Source: a virus | Reading direction: 5' to 3' (one strand) | DNA length: 64,000 bases | Virus record (IMG/VR): IMGVR_UViG_3300024264_000011 | Coordinates: 43,376-107,375 of that record | The notes under the pieces: model-generated | Told to the model about the DNA's origin: nothing | Database searches by the model: none | What the model saw: the letters and a program-made list of their open reading frames with translations, nothing else | Shown here: one piece after another, positions 44,570-53,733 of the stretch | Layout: each line of letters begins with the position of its first letter | How positions within the stretch are numbered: position 1 is the stretch's first letter | Program-made: the position numbers and the translations under genes

Positions 44570-47313
44570 TATATCCTATTAAGTACTAAAGTTTCTGAAA
44601 GACCTGATGTATTATTTAGATCCATACTTGTAGCGTTCATAACATTATAGTTATCTCCACGTTTAATTGTCGCGATAATTGATTGATTATTGGTTTGTCT
44701 TGATTGAAGAGTCTGTGTAATTGAGAAAGAAGAACTCAATGCAGGCATAGAAGCAGACGATGGTGTTGATGGAGTTATTTGTGCAGCTGGTATTGAATGT
44801 GCAGCAGAAGTTAGTGTGTCAGCAGATAAAGCAGGCATACCTGCCTTCTGGAACATTGTTGACTTCTGTTCTGGTATTGAATGTGCAGCAGAAGTTAGTG
44901 TGTCAGCAGATAAAGCAGGCATACTTGCCTTCTGGAACATTGTTGACTTCTGTTCTAGTGTTAAAGGTGTAGGAGTAACTCCAGGTGTTGCTGATGCAGT
45001 TGCTGATGGTGTAGTTTGTTTCGGAGACTTTTGCAGGTGTTGCAGTACCTGTTGTGCATAATGATATCTTTCTCCTACCTCTCCATATCCCCAGTATTGA
45101 TAAGATGCTTTCTCTAATTGTTGATCAGTAGAATTTGGATCCATGAAAACTTTATATGCTCCAGGATAATAATTCTTCATTTCCCATAGCATCGCATTAA
45201 TCTGTTCGCCGTCAGAAGCTTCTTTAATATTTTTACCTAAATACTTTTCAATCTTACCTAGACGAGCGGGGTCATCAGACCACGATGCCCAGGATACCAA
45301 ACCGCCATTACGTGATGTACCATCTCCCAAAACCTGTCCCCAATCACGTTGACCATTCCAAGATGATTCCTGTTGAATATTGCCAGCCAAATATGCAGCG
45401 CCCTTATCGGGAACTCCAGCATTTCTAAGCATTTCAGCACCTTTATTCATGTTACCTGCTTGTCCAGAAACAGATGAGGTAGTTCCTGATGGAGTGTTAC
45501 CAGCACCACCTCCAGCACCACCGCTAGCGCCACCACCTCCTCCACCACTAGTTGCTGCCTGAGCTGGTCCACCAAATAAAGATCCAAATATTGATCCACC
45601 ACCTATCAATAACATTTCACCAATCTCTTTGAAGACATCCTTACCAAACATTTTGTCGAGATCTTGCTTCTCTTTTTCATTGTTGATCTTATTCGTAATA
45701 GTTTCAGCGTTACCTTGTGTCTTTCCAATATCTTTATCTGCAACAGCTGTTTCCATGCCAAATAATTTCATAGCAGGAGCTAATACACTAATAGCAATTG
45801 GTTTTACAAATCTACCAACAGAACCCATAGCATCAACTACTGCAAATATTGAACCAAGTATATGAGAACCAAGTACCTTGAATGGTAGAGTTAATATCTC
45901 TGGTATCTTTGCAACTGGTATTACTGCCTCAGTACCATGGAGAATTGCAAGGAATCCTTTTTCTGGTCCAGATACTACACCGCCAGAAGCTAACTCAGGA
46001 GTATCTTCTTTCTTTTCTTCTTTCTTACCACCAAATAAACCTTTGACTCCCTTGTAAATTGATACAGCAATCCATTCACCGGCAAAACTTCCGAGTACTC
46101 CTCCTGCAGTAGCAGCTGCCTTACCTAGTAATAAATTACCAATAACTGGTAAAACACTACCAAGTATAGTACCGACAGTTCCTGCTAAAGTTGCACCGAG
46201 AGCACTACCCAACAATGCGCCAGCAGCTCTTACTAAAGCTTCATCAATTGGTGCGCCGAATGCTAGGTCAACTGCAATTCCTATCAGTGGACCTATAGCA
46301 GGTATCTTTCTGACAACTTTACCAACACTCTTAACAACAGTCTTTGTTACAGCAACCATTCCTTTTGTTATTGCTTTACCGAATACTTTTAGTAATACTC
46401 TTTGTATCATTCTACCAAGAGTCTTTCTAAATGCTTTTCCAGCTAACTTTAATATCCCACCAAAAGAATTCTTTAAACCTTTATCACCAAGTTTAAATAT
46501 ACCTCTGAATATTTTAGTAAATTTTTTGCCAAATTTAAATATATTTTTTAGATCTTTTAATATTTTAAGTGGATTTAGTAACCATCGCAAACCAACAACA
46601 CCAAGAACGAGTTTAAAAAACCCACCTATTTTTTCTAACATGCTATCGCCGCCAACAAGCTCGGCAAAACCAGTCAGCAAATTATCTACTACACCAGTTA
46701 CAAACCAATTAAAAAATGATGCAACATGCTTAAAGATAGTAGTGAATGTCTCTACTATCTTTTTATTTTTTGGATCTCCTATCCATGACAAAACATAATA
46801 CTGTAGAAGATCACCAAGCATACCAAAGACATTAAAGGATGCCTTAGCAATACCTTTATTGATTGTTTTGCCCATTGGCATTGGACCACTTTCTTTTTTA
46901 GTAGTCCTTGTCTTTGGTGTTGGTTGTACAGAATCTAAGTATTTTTCGTGTAGTCTTTTCTTCTCACTCTTTACTGTTACTAGTTTCTTAAATACAGATT
47001 CAACTTCAATAAATTTTTCTCTTATCTTAGTGTAATCTCTTTTAGGTTCTGATTCTTTCTTTTCTACCGTACCCTTTTCTGAAGAAACTATCGCACTAGT
47101 ATCTTGCACCGGCACCGGAGTTATTCTTACTATACCGCCACCGACTCCTCCATCTCCAGATTTCTGATTACCAGCAACTCCACTACGAAATGCCCCAACA
47201 TTAATGTTGGACTTCATCTTACCTTTTTTAAATAAAGATTTTCTTTCCTGGGGAGTTAGGTATTCCCCAGTCTCAGAATCAACACCGTGAGCAATTGCGT
47301 TTAAGTCTGACAT
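44569..47313 (-). CDS. hub/tape-measure-like protein with phage tail lysozyme domain
   Basis: Amphipathic helical and Gly-zipper region; LASGGVV..LHGTEAVIP; AAYLAGNIQQES...GLVSW lysozyme-like motif. Confidence 0.7.
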   Translation of the reverse strand: MSDLNAIAHGVDSETGEYLTPQERKSLFKKGKMKSNINVGAFRSGVAGNQKSGDGGVGGGIVRITPVPVQDTSAIVSSEKGTVEKKESEPKRDYTKIREKFIEVESVFKKLVTVKSEKKRLHEKYLDSVQPTPKTRTTKKESGPMPMGKTINKGIAKASFNVFGMLGDLLQYYVLSWIGDPKNKKIVETFTTIFKHVASFFNWFVTGVVDNLLTGFAELVGGDSMLEKIGGFFKLVLGVVGLRWLLNPLKILKDLKNIFKFGKKFTKIFRGIFKLGDKGLKNSFGGILKLAGKAFRKTLGRMIQRVLLKVFGKAITKGMVAVTKTVVKSVGKVVRKIPAIGPLIGIAVDLAFGAPIDEALVRAAGALLGSALGATLAGTVGTILGSVLPVIGNLLLGKAAATAGGVLGSFAGEWIAVSIYKGVKGLFGGKKEEKKEDTPELASGGVVSGPEKGFLAILHGTEAVIPVAKIPEILTLPFKVLGSHILGSIFAVVDAMGSVGRFVKPIAISVLAPAMKLFGMETAVADKDIGKTQGNAETITNKINNEKEKQDLDKMFGKDVFKEIGEMLLIGGGSIFGSLFGGPAQAATSGGGGGGASGGAGGGAGNTPSGTTSSVSGQAGNMNKGAEMLRNAGVPDKGAAYLAGNIQQESSWNGQRDWGQVLGDGTSRNGGLVSWASWSDDPARLGKIEKYLGKNIKEASDGEQINAMLWEMKNYYPGAYKVFMDPNSTDQQLEKASYQYWGYGEVGERYHYAQQVLQHLQKSPKQTTPSATASATPGVTPTPLTLEQKSTMFQKASMPALSADTLTSAAHSIPEQKSTMFQKAGMPALSADTLTSAAHSIPAAQITPSTPSSASMPALSSSFSITQTLQSRQTNNQSIIATIKRGDNYNVMNATSMDLNNTSGLSETLVLNRI
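44787..44956. repeat. 2 x 84-bp in-frame tandem duplication
   Basis: Copies start at 44787 and 44871 with one mismatch; encodes EQKSTMFQKA(S/G)MPALSADTLTSAAHSIP twice. Confidence 0.92.
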
Positions 47314-47317
47314 TTAA

Positions 47318-50035
47318 CTAGAGATTTGTTTTGAAAACTGCCCATAATCCATTGGCAGGTAAAGTCCCACCAAGAGACTGGGTTGTTTGAGTTGTTGATT
47401 GGAATGAAGATTTATCTTGACCTCCACCTAAATCAACAATGGTTGGAGTAGCACTAGAAGATGTTTTAGCTGATGATTGTAACTGTAAACTTTCTTGTTG
47501 CGTTGATTGTAAAGCACTACCAGAAGCTGAAGCAGTGGGAACTATACTAGCTGCAGGATTTTTGTTTTGTTTAAGATCTGTTGCAATATTTGGTGCATTA
47601 ATGTCAGCATTTGGTCTTCTATAAATTTTACCTTGACTACCATAATAATTATTATATCCTTGAGGACTAGCTTCCCAACTAAATGATGCTTTACCAGAAG
47701 AATTGGAAAGAACATTTCCATTAGCAAGAACAACTCCAATATGCGCTTGAGGTGGTGTTTTTCTATCATACATGACCATAACATCACCTGGTTGACGTTG
47801 ATCATATGAAACTTGGGCATAACCAGTACCAATCATATCTTTTTCAGCTGTAGGTACATATAATGATGAACCCCATGGTGGTGTAATTCCTGCTTTCTCA
47901 TATACTTTATTAACTGCCCACACGCAACCATTAGCACCACCATCAGGACCAGAAGCACTAGACATTCCTCTCAAAGATTCAGCGGCCGCTGCGAGACTTG
48001 GAGATGGAGATGATGCAGCAGCCATTTCAGACCAACCAGTTCCATCTTCATTTTTTTGATAAGACTTTCCAGTTTCAGTATTACTATACTGTGTTACTCC
48101 AGCAGCACCTGCATCAGCGTGAGAAGCAAAGGACTGCATTGGTGGTGAACTACTTCCACCTCCACTAGTAACACCAGATCCACTACTAGGAGATCTCAAT
48201 GAAGCCTGCGCTGGTGCAGAAATTAAATTACCCAAGAAATTACCAATACCACCCATCACCTGACCAGCACCACTGAAGAAAGATTGAAATACATTACCCC
48301 CACCTTCTTTCTTTGCGATCTCAACAGACTCTTTAACGTTCTTAATACTTTCCGAGAACTTTTCTAATAGTTTTTCTTTATCAACCTCTTTTATTTCTCT
48401 ATCTTCTCTTGTCTGAGTTTTTAATTGCGTCAATACATTTGTCGGTACACCGAATGTAGATGCAGCCATTCTTATGATAGGTTCTATAATGTTGCCAACA
48501 AATGGAATTTTACTAACAGTTTTTAATATCAATCCAACAATGGCAGTACCAATAATTTTAAATGGCGCAACCATCATATCCATGAATGGTTTCATTGCCT
48601 TAGTTAAGTTCTCAGATATTCCAGCTACATCAACTATTTTTTCTAAAGGATGTACAGTTACACTACCCTGAGTAAGTGATTTATCATCAGTACCTTTAGC
48701 ACCATCTATACCATCAGATCCAGAAGATCCATCAGTACCTTTAGCACCATCTATACCATCAGATCCAGAAGATCCATCAGATCCAGAAGATCCATCAGTA
48801 CCTTTAGCACCATTAGCTCCAGCTGGAGGAGAAACAATACCACCTTCTTTTAATTTTGGCAGTGACTCTGTATCTACTGTCTGTTTATCTCCACCGCCGA
48901 ACCAATTCATTGGATTCAACATGGACATTACACCGCCGCCACCACCTGTTTTCTTTTCTTGTGGTGGTTTTTGTTGAGTCTCTCCTTCCGAAGTAGTAGA
49001 AGTTTCTTCAGTTTCTTCTTTACCAAATCCTAATAATTTTAGTGGATTAAAATTAGATATAATATCACCAACCCATTTACCAAGATTCTCAAACAATCCA
49101 AATGTAATAAAGTTTGCTAGAGCCTTAAAAAGTTCTGGTATAGTTTCAAATAATATTTTTGGTATGTTTAATATATTTTTAAGAAACTCTTCGGGATTAG
49201 TTAACCATTTTAGTGTGATTAAATCCAATAAAGGTGTTAAAAAAGCGCCAAATATTTTCAACGCTGGGCCTATAACAGCAATCATTCTCCCTAACTGACC
49301 ACCAATAAAACTAAAAACTGCACCAAAGAATTTTACTGCACCTTGAAAAAATTCTACGATTCTTTGTACATTCTTTTTATTCTTTGGATCGCCAAACCAA
49401 TCTAATATCTTATATAGAATAAAGTCTTTTACGAAGTCACTTATTAAACCCCAGATTCCTTTAACTGCCTTTTTAGCACCTTTTACTATAGGACTTTCTG
49501 GTTTTTTTCTAGCTCTTCTTACTCTATCTTCTTCTTGTTTTTCTTGTTCTGCATCTCTAGATGCTCTTTCTTTCTCTCTTGATGCAGAAAGAATTCTATC
49601 CTTTATATTTTTCTGTTCTTCCTCTTCAATACTTATTATCTGTTCCAGTAAAGATTTTATATTATCTAGAGATGAAATAATTGCCGCATCTCCGTCATCA
49701 CCACTACTAGATTTTTTTGCTACTACTGTTTCACTCTTTGGTGCAGGAACAATTGCTGACGTATTAATGGCAGGAACTAGAGCACCTCCCCTAGGAACAA
49801 TTGCTCCTCCACCACCACCTTTAACTGTACCCGATTCCCCTTCTCTCAATAAGGATTTCATCTTACCTTTTCTACCACCAAGAGTTCTCTTTACAGCACC
49901 TCTTGCTGCTCCTCGAACACCTTCTCTTATACCACCAGTTATTGTCTGTTTAGCAGCACCCATCGCTGCTGCCCTACCTCCGGCGAGAGCCCCTTTAGCA
50001 AATATTCCTCCTAGTGCGGCGAGTGGTGCTGGCAT
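47318..50035 (-). CDS. hub/tape-measure-like protein with NlpC/P60-CHAP-type peptidase domain
   Basis: Helical N-terminal half; C-terminal GCVWAV...PGDVMV..HIGVV..SNSS (Cys/His); ATG 50035 just after the gp51-like stop. Confidence 0.7.
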   Translation of the reverse strand: MPAPLAALGGIFAKGALAGGRAAAMGAAKQTITGGIREGVRGAARGAVKRTLGGRKGKMKSLLREGESGTVKGGGGGAIVPRGGALVPAINTSAIVPAPKSETVVAKKSSSGDDGDAAIISSLDNIKSLLEQIISIEEEEQKNIKDRILSASREKERASRDAEQEKQEEDRVRRARKKPESPIVKGAKKAVKGIWGLISDFVKDFILYKILDWFGDPKNKKNVQRIVEFFQGAVKFFGAVFSFIGGQLGRMIAVIGPALKIFGAFLTPLLDLITLKWLTNPEEFLKNILNIPKILFETIPELFKALANFITFGLFENLGKWVGDIISNFNPLKLLGFGKEETEETSTTSEGETQQKPPQEKKTGGGGGVMSMLNPMNWFGGGDKQTVDTESLPKLKEGGIVSPPAGANGAKGTDGSSGSDGSSGSDGIDGAKGTDGSSGSDGIDGAKGTDDKSLTQGSVTVHPLEKIVDVAGISENLTKAMKPFMDMMVAPFKIIGTAIVGLILKTVSKIPFVGNIIEPIIRMAASTFGVPTNVLTQLKTQTREDREIKEVDKEKLLEKFSESIKNVKESVEIAKKEGGGNVFQSFFSGAGQVMGGIGNFLGNLISAPAQASLRSPSSGSGVTSGGGSSSPPMQSFASHADAGAAGVTQYSNTETGKSYQKNEDGTGWSEMAAASSPSPSLAAAAESLRGMSSASGPDGGANGCVWAVNKVYEKAGITPPWGSSLYVPTAEKDMIGTGYAQVSYDQRQPGDVMVMYDRKTPPQAHIGVVLANGNVLSNSSGKASFSWEASPQGYNNYYGSQGKIYRRPNADINAPNIATDLKQNKNPAASIVPTASASGSALQSTQQESLQLQSSAKTSSSATPTIVDLGGGQDKSSFQSTTQTTQSLGGTLPANGLWAVFKTNL
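48685..48813. repeat. 45/18-bp tandem repeats encoding a collagen-like Gly-X-Y run
   Basis: Two exact 45-bp units plus partial units; GAKGTDGSSGSDGID. Confidence 0.9.
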
Positions 50036-50036
50036 A

Positions 50037-50165
50037 TTACTGTTGATTCTTTTGACGTTCGTTTTCTTCCTTAATGTATTCAACCAACATCGTCACATAA
50101 ATCTCTCGTTCCCAAGGAATCATATTTTCTAACTCAGTTAAACTGTACTTATGATGTTGCATCAT
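50037..50165 (-). CDS. gp51: gp51-like baseplate hub assembly chaperone (probably the C-terminal part of a frameshift product)
   Basis: Hand-translated MMQHHKYSLTELENMIPWEREIYVTMLVEYIKEEN; the frame stays open upstream into the gp26 3' end. Confidence 0.75.
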   Translation of the reverse strand: MMQHHKYSLTELENMIPWEREIYVTMLVEYIKEENERQKNQQ

Positions 50166-50212
50166 TGCAAAGTTTACTCTGAAGAAATTTTCTAGAGACT
50201 CATGTGATAGGG

Positions 50213-50929
50213 CTACGCGAAAAAACTTGCTAATCCCTCAATAACAACCTCACTTTCAACTTTAGTATTTGGATTTTTTACCGTAACTGTATGTGATAAT
50301 TTAGGCATGGTCTCGAAGAATTTCTGGATACTAATGAACTGTTTAGTGTCCATACCCTCAAGAAATTCTAAGATCTCTTTCTTACTAAAGTTTGAAGATT
50401 CATATACTTCTTCACCTTCTACAATCTGATCAATACACATCGATGCAATTTCAAATACATCATCAACCTCAGACGTAGATTCTTTCATGTTGTTTTTAAT
50501 AAACAGATCCATACTTGGATACTTCATGACAACAGAGACATCATCATTCATTTTAATGATGTTATCATGATCATCAGACTTCTTGACTTGGATGTCATCA
50601 AGATCAATAACTACTGGAACTGTTGACTCGCCATCATCAGGACAAATAATATTTAACTCAACAGTTTCACCAACAGATTTACCTCTAATGTTTAGAAAAA
50701 TATACTCAATATCAAATAACGAAAGAGTATCAACTTTAAATCTAGAAGTCAAAATACAGTTAGAAAGAATTGTCTTCACAGCATTCGCCATCTGTTTTTC
50801 ATCTTCAGTTTCCATGGCAAGAAGAAGAATTTTTTCTTCTTTCACTAGGAAAGGTCTATACTTAATCTTTTTACCAGTTGAAGGAACAACCAACTCATAT
50901 GTAGGCGCAGAAAGCTTTGGTAAAGGCAT
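50213..50929 (-). CDS. gp26: baseplate hub subunit/assembly chaperone gp26
   Basis: MPLPKLSAPTYEL..YRPFLVKEEKILL..FDIEYIFLNIRGKSVGE..EGLASFF. Confidence 0.85.
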   Translation of the reverse strand: MPLPKLSAPTYELVVPSTGKKIKYRPFLVKEEKILLLAMETEDEKQMANAVKTILSNCILTSRFKVDTLSLFDIEYIFLNIRGKSVGETVELNIICPDDGESTVPVVIDLDDIQVKKSDDHDNIIKMNDDVSVVMKYPSMDLFIKNNMKESTSEVDDVFEIASMCIDQIVEGEEVYESSNFSKKEILEFLEGMDTKQFISIQKFFETMPKLSHTVTVKNPNTKVESEVVIEGLASFFA

Positions 50930-50965
50930 AATAACTCCTTATAATATAGGAATACTAACTCAAAT

Positions 50966-50973
50966 TATTTATA
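50966..50973 (-). promoter_or_regulatory. T4-type late promoter TATAAATA
   Basis: Exact octamer upstream of gp26 (AAGGAG SD follows). Confidence 0.78.
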
Positions 50974-50976
50974 GAC

Positions 50977-51816
50977 CTAGAATAGATTAAAAATGTCAAA
51001 CGCTCTGTCACCAGTGCCATCATTAACTGTGTCTATCCAATTGGTTGCTCTACCAGCGTTAAGAGCCGTAGTTGTATAAGTTTCATATTCAAAACCAACT
51101 GATAGTTTAGATAACTCGGAAGTTCCAGAGTTCAAAGCAATAGAAGAAATATTTGCTGGAAAAGCTTTAAATAACTTGACAGCATAAACTGGTATTGCTT
51201 TGTAAAATTTTGATCCTTGAACCGAAGAAGTAGAATCTGGAATAATATCTCTTAGAGAAAATGAAGGTTTCTCTCTCACATTACTATTCTTATCACTACT
51301 CATTGCTCTTTCATATTTTATTATAGTAATGTCAATTGCATAATCATCTCTATATCTAGTTCTAAATTTATTACGTGTGGAGACATCTCTTAATTGTAAG
51401 ATATCTGCTATATTATTACCACTATTCATATCTAAACTATAACCATAAATCCAGTTAGTCCATACATCAAAGATACTTTTAATAGTAGCATCGGCATCCA
51501 TGATAAATGAAAATGTTGCTTCACTAAAAACTGCACCGTATACATACTTCAGAGTAGGAGTATTAGTAACTCTATACTCTGATGTCGATAATTGCAAACC
51601 AGGTAGAGTTGCTTCATCAGTATATAATCGCATCAAATTGCGATTTGATTTCAAGTCAATTAAATTATTGGCAACTAATTGATTGTGCAATGGTACAGCT
51701 TCAGTAATCTCAAATTTAATATCATAAAAATTGTTTAGACTGAAACCATATTTTTGAACTGCGCTCTTAAATTCAGCGTAGTTCGACATTTCTTCTTCTA
51801 TTCCTTTAATACTCAT
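50977..51816 (-). CDS. tail tube initiator gp54-like (tube-protein fold)
   Basis: EATLPG, FDVWTNWI, LFKAFPANISSIAL..LSVGFEYE motifs. Confidence 0.65.
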   Translation of the reverse strand: MSIKGIEEEMSNYAEFKSAVQKYGFSLNNFYDIKFEITEAVPLHNQLVANNLIDLKSNRNLMRLYTDEATLPGLQLSTSEYRVTNTPTLKYVYGAVFSEATFSFIMDADATIKSIFDVWTNWIYGYSLDMNSGNNIADILQLRDVSTRNKFRTRYRDDYAIDITIIKYERAMSSDKNSNVREKPSFSLRDIIPDSTSSVQGSKFYKAIPVYAVKLFKAFPANISSIALNSGTSELSKLSVGFEYETYTTTALNAGRATNWIDTVNDGTGDRAFDIFNLF

Positions 51817-52319
51817 TGAGATGTTTCTCCCCAGACGGCTGATTTACTGTATTGTTGATACATACCTTTCCTTCTTGAAACAAAATTCTCAACGGGAAGA
51901 AAGATAGCTGTTTTATAATCTTCTCTATTTATTTTGTACATCGGAGTTTCTAATCCTTCGATGACATAATTGTGGTAACACTGTGTAGGAAATCTAACGC
52001 TACCTTTTTCAAGACCAAGTATTACATTCATTCTAGATCTGTAACGAAGATAATGTAGGTTAGCACCATAAAATTTAGGTCCGCCACTCAACACATATAC
52101 TAGAGGAAACTCATCATAGAATTTTAACTTCCTTGCATACGTTGCCTTATACTCAAAAAGATAAAGATCACCAGCAGAAGGAACCATAGTTTCTTCCATC
52201 TGTGTCATGTCTGAATATAAATCAGACCGTTGGAAATGCATCCTAACGGCATCCCTATACCAAGAGTAGGACCTTGGTTCTCCTCCTGCTAAATCTGTTA
52301 TCTCTTGAAAGATACTCAT
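51813..52319 (-). CDS. gp2: DNA end protector protein gp2
   Basis: SWYR, YLFEYKA, FYDEFPLV, GANLHYL; adjacent to gp4. Confidence 0.8.
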   Translation of the reverse strand: MSIFQEITDLAGGEPRSYSWYRDAVRMHFQRSDLYSDMTQMEETMVPSAGDLYLFEYKATYARKLKFYDEFPLVYVLSGGPKFYGANLHYLRYRSRMNVILGLEKGSVRFPTQCYHNYVIEGLETPMYKINREDYKTAIFLPVENFVSRRKGMYQQYSKSAVWGETSQ

Positions 52320-52753
52320 ACCTTAAGTTCGTCTTCTGTGATTAACATGAACTTATAATTTCTATCTTCACAAAACTCCTGAGCAGCTTTCCACTTAGCT
52401 TGATTTTTTGCGTACTCAGTAACTTCATTGATGTATCTTTTAGTCACCTTCTTTTGAACCTTGGGTTCTCTAGTTTGTTTTTTTGGTTTCACTTCAATAA
52501 GATACTTCTGGATATTGTTGTTAACATCTTGAACTTTAATATAAAAGTCAACAAAGTATCTATGAACTTTACCGTCTAGCGGAGATCTATATGGAATTAC
52601 AATCTCCTCACTACCCCATTCCAGAATACTTCTATTCATGTCACAGTATTTCATAAACTTAAGTTCCCATGATGACCTATAAATAATAGATCTATGATCA
52701 CCACGATATTTTTTAATATTTTTGGGAGAAAATTTTCCCTTTAAAGTATTCAT
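52316..52753 (-). CDS. gp4: head completion nuclease gp4
   Basis: YRSSWE, WGSEE, HRYFVDF, EVKP, NQAKW. Confidence 0.9.
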   Translation of the reverse strand: MNTLKGKFSPKNIKKYRGDHRSIIYRSSWELKFMKYCDMNRSILEWGSEEIVIPYRSPLDGKVHRYFVDFYIKVQDVNNNIQKYLIEVKPKKQTREPKVQKKVTKRYINEVTEYAKNQAKWKAAQEFCEDRNYKFMLITEDELKV

Positions 52754-52786
52754 ATATAGCTATAGGAAAATGTCATACAAATATTT

Positions 52787-53731
52787 ATGAGCAGAAGAGA
52801 ATATGGGGGATCCCCAGGCTTAAACTCAAATAATTTATATTGGCCTTCTAACTTGGTCGATACGTATGATTATATGCAACTTGATATATCCAATTTTAAA
52901 CCAAGTGCAACGGCTAACTCACCAAGTGCTACAGAAACTCCTAGTACTCCAAGATCAGGAGGACTAGATAGTTTCTTTCCATTTGGACTTAACTCACCAT
53001 TCATGTCATTTACATCAGCTGTTTTAAACAGGGAAAATACTATACTATTGCCAATTCCTGAAGATTTATCTTTTAAAGATAATCCTCAATGGTCTGACCA
53101 AGCAGTTGGTGTGTTGGGTAAGTTCGGACCAGAAGTTTTTAAAGGATTAAGTGGCGATGAAGCAGCTTCAGAAGTAACTGAAAGTATTCAAAAACTTGCA
53201 TCAGGAGGCGCAGTTGGAAAGTTACTTGATTTAATTAAAAAAACTGGAGCAGATCCTAATGCAATAACACAAAATATTAATGGTAAGGTTGCAAACCCTT
53301 ACATGGAACAGGTGTTTAGTGGTATTGGTCTGAGACAATTTGATTTTAATTGGAAACTAGTTCCAAGAAATGCTGGTGAACAAGCATCGATTCATAGTAT
53401 AATTAGAAAACTAAGAGAGTCTGTTCTACCAAATAAAAATGATTCATTTAATGATGGCGGTGGTTCTGGATTTGGTTCTGGTACAGATAGATGGTTGACC
53501 GTACCAAAAGTTTTTGATATCACTTGGAGAACAAAGGGGGAAGAGATAACTTCACTACCAAAACTTAAGAGTTGTGTATGTAAAGATATCCAAGTTCAAT
53601 TTACTCCAGATAATGTTTGGGCAACACATATGGTTTCGGAAGATAATCCATATCCAGTTGCTTACAACCTAACATTATCATTCGGTGAGATGGAAATTAT
53701 AACTAGCGATCTAGTAACACAAGGATACTAA
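52787..53731 (+). CDS. gp48: baseplate tail-tube cap gp48
   Basis: ILLPIP, NPYMEQVFSGIGLRQFDFNWKLVPRN, LSFGEMEIIT. Confidence 0.85.
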   Translation: MSRREYGGSPGLNSNNLYWPSNLVDTYDYMQLDISNFKPSATANSPSATETPSTPRSGGLDSFFPFGLNSPFMSFTSAVLNRENTILLPIPEDLSFKDNPQWSDQAVGVLGKFGPEVFKGLSGDEAASEVTESIQKLASGGAVGKLLDLIKKTGADPNAITQNINGKVANPYMEQVFSGIGLRQFDFNWKLVPRNAGEQASIHSIIRKLRESVLPNKNDSFNDGGGSGFGSGTDRWLTVPKVFDITWRTKGEEITSLPKLKSCVCKDIQVQFTPDNVWATHMVSEDNPYPVAYNLTLSFGEMEIITSDLVTQGY

Positions 53732-53733
53732 AA

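Noticed and set aside
44787-48813. Direct repeats as a possible CRISPR mini-array or DGR template/variable pair
   Set aside because: In-frame coding tandem repeats with no spacers, no adenine-specific mismatch pattern, and no cas or reverse transcriptase gene
50036-50083. ORF-track upstream start extensions (here and for gp32, gp33, 5909-6199, 63205-63540, 10595-11323)
   Set aside because: They overlap neighbouring genes or promoters; downstream ATGs with better SD or coupling context were used instead
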